The position numbers were made by a program, and so were the translations under genes. The notes beneath the pieces are model-generated. The model ran no database searches and was not told where the DNA came from. It saw only the letters and a program-made list of their open reading frames with translations. From the NCBI RefSeq assembly GCF_006345805.1, contig NC_043015.1, positions 1,240,001 to 1,304,000 of the forward strand: DNA of 64,000 nucleotides, read 5' to 3'. Numbering within the stretch: position 1 is the stretch's first letter; every line of letters begins with the position of its first letter. This stretch comes from Octopus sinensis (Eukaryota). Of the stretch, positions 57,060-64,000 are shown piece by piece.

Positions 57060-57100
<41 letters not shown>

Positions 57101-57194
57101 TTATTTAAATTAGGACAAAATCGATATCTAAATACCGATCTTATAAGGTGGCCAGCATGGGAATAAAACCTTCAAAGGTAATAATTATTATTCA

Positions 57195-57326
57195 AATTAT
57201 AATTTAGGGTTTTCTAAGAGATACCACAAGACTGGAAATAGGAGCGAAAACTTGACTCTAAAACCACATAAAATCTTCATTAAACACCAGGAGTGTGGTA
57301 TCTCTTAGATACCCTAAATTATAATT
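57195..57326. repeat. Short inverted repeat (about 33-bp arms, about 65-bp spacer)
   Basis: AATTATAATTTAGGGTTTTCTAAGAGATACCACA versus TGTGGTATCTCTTAGATACCCTAAATTATAATT. Confidence 0.85.
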
Positions 57327-57349
57327 TTAATATTTATAAATATAGATAC

Positions 57350-57395
<46 letters not shown>

Positions 57396-58159
57396 TGTAC
57401 CAGTGTAATTTAATGTCTGATAAGAGACCGCTAGTTGTAGTATTAGTACCATGATTGAAATGTAATAGCTGGGTTTAATGTACTCGAATCACCCCTCACT
57501 TTGAAAAATTGCTGATATGAACCCGGTCATGGAATACCCTCACGTTTATGGTGGAATATAACTGAGAAAAAAATAACACAAATCAATACTGCTATGACGC
57601 ATTAGAGAAACTTACAGTATTCTACTTCGAAGGGTCCTCAAAATTCAAAAGAAAACGTAAATTGTTTAGGTAGGATTTGAACACGTGCAATGATCCAAAA
57701 GAACTCTGAAAATAATGCAAGTATTTCATTAAATGCTTCTGCTAGCCAGGATACTTTCACAATATGGTAATAAAAATACTTTACGAAATCTTTTATAATT
57801 TCAAACAATACTAAACAATATACGAGCAATTCAATATGATTAGTGCATGTTTTACTTCAATAAGAAATTAAATATTTCCCCAAGATATATTATAACTGCA
57901 TAGGCAATCATATGAAAGTTCTTCCTTAGAAATATTTTCAATATGATATATTCTTGGTAATGGATCGTTATATTTACATATTTAAATTTCAAAACATTTG
58001 TTTGTATATACCTGCATTTGAATATTTCTTCATCAGTCGTATCTGTTGAAATATCTAATTATTTTTCCAGACTTATTTTCTTTCCCCTCTCCCTCCGACC
58101 GTGTGCGACTATCTATGTATATATATACATATTGTATATATACACATATATGTATATAT

Positions 58160-58191
<32 letters not shown>

Positions 58192-58283
58192 CTATATATA
58201 TATATATATAGACACACGCATATATATATATATATACGTATATATGTATATATATACATATATTTATGTATTTATATATATAT

Positions 58284-58342
<59 letters not shown>

Positions 58343-58352
58343 TTTATGTATG

Positions 58353-58388
<36 letters not shown>

Positions 58389-58639
58389 GAATATGTGTGT
58401 GAATGAAAGTTAGTCTATCTGATATATACCTGAATGCATAGCAATTAGTTCAATTGATGATGAATATATGAATTTTATATGATTAATCAAAAGGATAATA
58501 ACCGATTACATTTATCAGCAATAATGTTTAATAAATTTAATCCATAACAATATGAAAATAATAAGTCGGCATGCGCAGTTTATATTTCCTTATTTGTTTC
58601 TCATACTGCATAAATATGTAAAGATATGTTTAGGGATCT

Positions 58640-58870
58640 TTTTATTTTTGACATGTTTCAGTCATTGAACCGTGGCTTTGCAAACGCATCTACTTGAAGA
58701 GTTTTAGTGAAAAGAATCTATCCCAGGACTTTTTGTTTTTTTTAAAGCCTGGGACATATATTAACCGATTGCTTTGCCGAACCGCAATGCTTCACCGATA
58801 TAAACAAACCAGCAACCGCAACCATGGTGCCACACATTGGGACTGAACCTGGAATCATGTTGTTGGGAAG
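58640..58870 (-). mobile_element. 3' part of a split SINE family B copy
   Basis: Minus AACAACATGATTCCAGGTTCAGTCCCAATGTGTGGCACC...GCGGTTCGGCAAA...AAGTCCTGGG...AATGACTGAAACA. Confidence 0.7.
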
Positions 58871-59977
58871 GACAGAGACGGGCTGGACAGAGACACAATG
58901 ATAATGGAATGAAAAAAAATGGTTGGTGGGAGAAACAAAATACGCCCGCCGTTTCTCGGAAACCTTGTTCTGTATTTTTTTTCAACAAAACAAAATGAGG
59001 TATTGAACCTCTTACCACAGTTCAAAAAAATGGACGCAAAATGAGGCGCTGAGCCTTTTACCAAAGAATATAAATTGAAAGTAAGGAACTAAGGCCTCAT
59101 ACCATTCCTCTCCGACCAGGCTATATGCCGCCCGCAGGGAATCTTGCATCTCTAAGTCGGGGCTCCAAAAACCAAAACTATATTGGTCCTTAGAAAAGAG
59201 GTCCATCACCCTGAACATATCATTTTCCATTATGACCTCCGCAGTTACCGGCAGAGGCCAATTCGGGTATTCTTTCCAGGACAGGAACCCCTCTCTCCAG
59301 CGCTCTAGCTTCTTCACAAAGCACTCTATTGCCCCTTCCTTATGAAAGAAGACTACACTATCATCCTTCATCATAATGGGAGGGAACCACAGTTTCCTGC
59401 TTCGGTGGCACAACATCCACGCACGAGGATTCAGGACATGCCGGCAGTGTACTACTAACCGCCCGCAATGTCCCATTCTTCATCTTCTTTTTTCTCTCCT
59501 TTGTACTAAGGGAGGGTGTAGTCCCTCTACTTTATCCGGAGGATCTTCCCTCCCTCCCGCGGCTTTGGGGTCGTTCGGTGGGCAATCATTGTTGCCGACT
59601 TCCTTCCCTTATTCCCTTTTTTCGATGAGGTCTCCACCTTCCCGACTGCCTCCAACTCTCCCTCCAAAGGAAGAGGGGCGCTACCTTTATTAACTGCTCC
59701 AGAACCCTACATTGGTCCCGAAAACAGTTTTTCTTAATATGGCCCGGTTCCAGGCACAGGGGACACTTGGGGAGGCGTCTCTTAAGTATCACTGGGTACC
59801 TGCAACCGGGTCATTTAAAAAAAAATCAGGAAATACCAGATCTTTAGCGGCTGATTGTGTCTATAGGGTTAAAACCGCCTTTGACACCACCCAATCAGAC
59901 GCAGGCAACAATTTCACATTTAAAAGCTTGGGCCCGCTGCCACCCAGACCCCGGTGGATAGTGTCCTCTATCCAATC
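58871..59977 (-). mobile_element. Inserted retroelement fragment with gag/ORF1-like CCHC zinc knuckle
   Basis: CPLCLEPGHIKKNC (C-X2-C-X4-H-X4-C) at 59724-59765, preceded by VILKRRLPK; GC-richer, broken reading frames; no APE or RT motif seen. Confidence 0.65.
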
Positions 59978-60015
59978 GGTAAGCAAGTTACTTACCACAC
60001 AGCCACCCGTGCGCC
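59978..60015 (-). mobile_element. 5' head (A-box half) of the split SINE family B copy
   Basis: Minus GGCGCACGGGTGGCTGTGTGGTAAGTAACTTGCTTACC, ending exactly where 58870 resumes. Confidence 0.8.
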
Positions 60016-60046
60016 AATATATGTGCATTTATATATTCTTACAATC

Positions 60047-60110
<64 letters not shown>

Positions 60111-60381
60111 ACACACACACACATGCCCACACATAAACACACACATATATAAAGATACACGCACATATGCACTCGTTTACTTCTGACTAGTAGAGTTCTG
60201 AACACCAATTTAGAGGTTATTATATTTAGCGAAATCAGTATTCAGCTGAGCTGGTTGGGTTACGGCCTTGCCTAAATACTCGAGGTACTAGTAGCTGAAG
60301 TTTAGAGTAGCAGGAGACTGACTCGACCAATATGGGTACACACAAACACACAAACGTATATGTGTGTGCATGTGTGTGTGT

Positions 60382-60435
60382 CGAGGCGCAATGGCCCAGT
60401 GGTTTTGGGCAGCGGACTCGCGGTCGTAGGATCGC
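60382..60435 (+). mobile_element. Isolated tRNA-like SINE head (same family as 39555-39862)
   Basis: GAGGCGCAATGGCCCAGTGGTTTTGGGCAGCGGACTCGCGGTCGTAGGATCGC. Confidence 0.7.
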
Positions 60436-60607
60436 TTATGTACTTACAGGTACGTGGATAATAGTTATGTTTCCGACAAAACCGGGAGAATTTAAAATAC
60501 GCTGTAGATTAAGTTGTGCATCTCCCAGACAGAATCTCATGTTTTAATGAACAGGATTACCCAGTCAATTTATAGCATATATGCATGCATGTATGTGTGC
60601 AAACATA

Positions 60608-61010
60608 CTCTTACTCTTTACTATTTTACTTGTTTCAGTCATTTGACTGTGGCCATGCTGGAGCACTACCTTTAGTAGAGTAAATCGACACCAGGACTTA
60701 TTCTTTGTAAGCCTAGTACTTATTCAATCGTTCGCTAATGCCGAACCGCTAAGTTACGGGGACGAAAACTCGTCAGCATCGGTTGTCAAGCGATTTGAGG
60801 TGGGGACAAACACAAACACACAAATACTCACACACACACACATATATATATTTACATATATGCATACATACATATATACTACAGGCCTCTTTCAGTTTCC
60901 GTCTGCCAAATCCACTCACAAGGAAGACAGTTGCCCAAGGTGCCACGCAGTGGGACTGAACACGGAACCATGTGGTTGGTAAGCAAGCTACTTACCACAT
61001 AGCCCCTCCT
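60608..61010 (-). mobile_element. Full-length SINE family B
   Basis: Tail TGTTTCAGTCATTTGACTGTGGCCATGCTGGAGCAC; head GGAACCATGTGGTTGGTAAGCAAGCTACTTACCAC. Confidence 0.88.
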
Positions 61011-61117
61011 ACGTATATATAGTTATGTATAATTATATATACGTATATTTACTTCTTCATGCATGCGTGTAGGTATATATGTATGCATGGAGGTATTTAT
61101 GTATGTATTGATGCATG

Positions 61118-61150
<33 letters not shown>

Positions 61151-62298
61151 GTAAACCGCTGTTTACACATTTTGTGCAATTACACTGCGATGCAAGTAAA
61201 TAGGTGTGGGAAACAACTACAGATGAAAGAAGATTTTAAAATTAAGATAGTTTTATATTTTTTAATCAATCATTTATTGACATGAGAAAAAAAAAAGCAG
61301 CAATCACTTGTATAAAGCGTCTATTTCTACATATTCCGTGTATGACACACGTAAATACACAAGCACACACTTGAATATAGGATAGAACATAATATACACA
61401 CATATATACAAATACATATATGTGTATATTCACTATATGTTTTGTTTATTAATAGCCTGAGGCAAACAGCGCAGAGCGCATAATCAGACGACATTACTGC
61501 TACGATGTGGGTGTTTAGCATTCATTATTGCTGTCATACGTATCAATAAGTATTTGACTACCAAAAAGTTAAATTTTGAAATTATAAAGGAAAATATTGC
61601 TGGGGATTTTTTTTTCTATCCCCCAATCAGTAATTGAAACAATCGATAATTGAGTATACAAAAGAACAAGGATTGTTTTAAGAATTAGTGACAGACATGA
61701 AGATGCAAAAAAAAAAAAAAAAAAAAAAGAAAGAAAAAAAAATGTGTACATCATATAGATTGTGTATATGAAGATAAATGTGTTGGTAGGTGGGGACGAG
61801 TTTGTGCTCAATATATACATTCGCGTGTGATTATGTGTAGGCATAAAAAGAAAAAAATCGAAATTTTTAAATTGCCAAATTGCCAGCAGTAATTTCAATA
61901 ACAGATGTAATTGTGTACCATAGTCTAAATTGGAAACCAATATAAACGTATATATACATACATGCAAACATACATACATACATACATACATACATACATA
62001 CATACAACATACATACATACATATATATATACATATATATATATATATACATATATAATACTAATAATTATATATATTATATATATAATATATATATAAC
62101 TTATACTATAATATATATATACATATAATATATATATACATATAATATATATATATATATAGATATGTACGTATATATATACATATAATACATGCAATAT
62201 ATATATATATACTGTTAAACACGCAAAGACACACGCGAGCTTATATTTAGGGAGGCAGTTTGAGAAGTTGAGAGAGAAGGAGAGTATTGAAGACGTGC

Positions 62299-62389
<91 letters not shown>

Positions 62390-63184
62390 TTTCCACCTGC
62401 CGTCGTCTTTTGTCTATTTTCATAAAGCTTCCCGTTATATATATATACATATACATATATATATATATATGTATGTGTGTGTGTATTTACGTATATGTAT
62501 ATGTATACCTATCTATGTATCTCTCTGTTCATACATACACGCATGCACACTTATACAGAAAGAGAAAGATAGATAGATACAGAATATACACAATCATACA
62601 CACACACACACATACACACAAGTCCTCATAGATACTCATACATGAAGCTCGCTTGTAAATTTCGCTACAAAATTGAAACAAAATTTTTAAGATCACTTTA
62701 TGAAAAACAAGAAATTGCAGTAGTGTTTATTACATGATGAATAAGTATATAATAATAATCGTAATATTTAACTTATTTTTCACAAATAATGTTGGTGGCA
62801 CTCCAAGCAAGACCAACTATATTATTGTAATACTAATAATACTAATAATATAATGTTTATTACTAACACTGTAATCCCATGATATTCAGGAAATTATAAA
62901 GGAGGATTTCAAAAATAAATAACAATGAATTGGGTTCCACATGGAAAGGAATATTTAAGATAGGTCGAAAAAGTTAATATCTAATAAAGGGTTGAATCTA
63001 TCTCAATATTTCATTGTTGTTTTAAATTGTTGACCCTGGAAGGACTAAATTAGCACTTGATCTCTTCGACACTCAGATGGTTCTTCTTCATTGCAATATA
63101 TAGATATGTATATATATATATATAATATATATATATATATATACGTATGATACCAGTATTATAGAACTTTAAGTCCTATTGCAG

Positions 63185-63482
63185 AGAAAGGACGAATCAA
63201 TTGCATCGACCTCAATGGAACTTATTTCCTCAACTCCCGAGAGTATGAATAGCAAAGTCAATCGCAACTCTTTTCTAGTCTAGGCACAAGACCCGAAATT
63301 TTTTGGGAGGGAGCCAGTCAATTAGATCGACCCCAGTATGCAACTTGTACTTAATTGATCGACCCCGAAAGGATGAAAAGCAAAGACGACCGCGGCGGAA
63401 TTTGAACTGAGAACGTAAAGACAGACGAAATACCGCTCGGCATTTTGCCCGGCGTGCTAACGTTTCTGCCAGCAGGCCGCCT
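63185..63482 (-). mobile_element. SINE family A (full copy 63268-63482 plus adjacent fragment)
   Basis: Minus head GGCGGCCTGCTGGCAGAAACGTTAGCACGCCGGG...GTTCAAATTCCGCC. Confidence 0.87.
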
Positions 63483-64000
63483 TCAGAAACGGGTTAAATA
63501 CTGCTAAACATTTTTTTCCTAACGATGCTACCTGCGCATCATCTTTTCACAGAATATTAAATGACATCCAAAACTGTTAGCTAATCTCGATTATGCGGGT
63601 CGGCGAATCATTGATTCTTTTAAAATAACGTAAATGTTCACAATCATTTGTGACGGATGATCTCATAGACAGAAGAAGCCTAACTAATCATACGAAATTC
63701 GACATTATATTCAATCTTCTATAAAATTAACTGCTTTAAGCATATCTAACTTTTGAAGTTATAGCTTAAGAGGTTTACATGGATTTGTCCTCAATATAAA
63801 AGCTAGCTTTTCAAATATTTCAGCTATGTACTTCAAACAAATCGTTTCGATATAATCAGAACACGAAAAGTTTACATGCTTTATTATACTCAGGGAAGAT
63901 TTTGCTACTATTGGGTTGTACGGAAAGTTCGTGCCGATTTTTAAAGGGAAGAAAAAGGTCAATAAATACTTGCCAATACCCAAGCTTTACCAGGTGCTCA

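Larger units (their letters stand above)
56004..57063 (+). mobile_element. Non-coding partial-tandem element with 5' inverted arm and two hammerheads; retrozyme-like / non-autonomous Penelope-like
   Basis: Inverted arms 56004-56141 and 56432-56568; direct repeat of 56142-~56472 at 56732-57063; (TA)n on both flanks; no ORF of 60 aa or more in the track. Confidence 0.88.

Noticed and set aside
57400-57480. CTGATAA...GAAAT hammerhead-like relic
   Set aside because: Core mismatches and no convincing stems.

Overview
AT-rich, microsatellite-dense animal DNA with no recognisable host gene exon. The SINE families and repeat landscape suggest an octopod cephalopod (inference). Almost all short ORFs in the track are translations of simple repeats. 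The real coding relics are all transposon-derived: a 5'-truncated CR1/L2-group LINE (24242-27168, minus; APE + RT, frameshifted, YADD->YAND), three R4/Dong-like RLE-LINE fragments, Tc1, mariner and maT DNA-transposon relics, and a gag/ORF1-like zinc-knuckle fragment. There are many tRNA-derived SINEs and a Helitron-like non-autonomous element. The main finding is three sequence-unrelated, non-coding fold-back elements (27739-28237, 32498-33133, 56004-57063), each with a type I hammerhead ribozyme motif between long inverted arms. One is a tandem with two hammerheads 589 nt apart, resembling a retrozyme or non-autonomous Penelope-like system. Also notable: a SINE split at its tRNA-like head by a 1.1-kb ORF1-like insert, a SINE carrying an inverted local templated insertion, and a LINE/SINE pair sharing a 3' tail. 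All alignments and folds were done by eye; none were computed.
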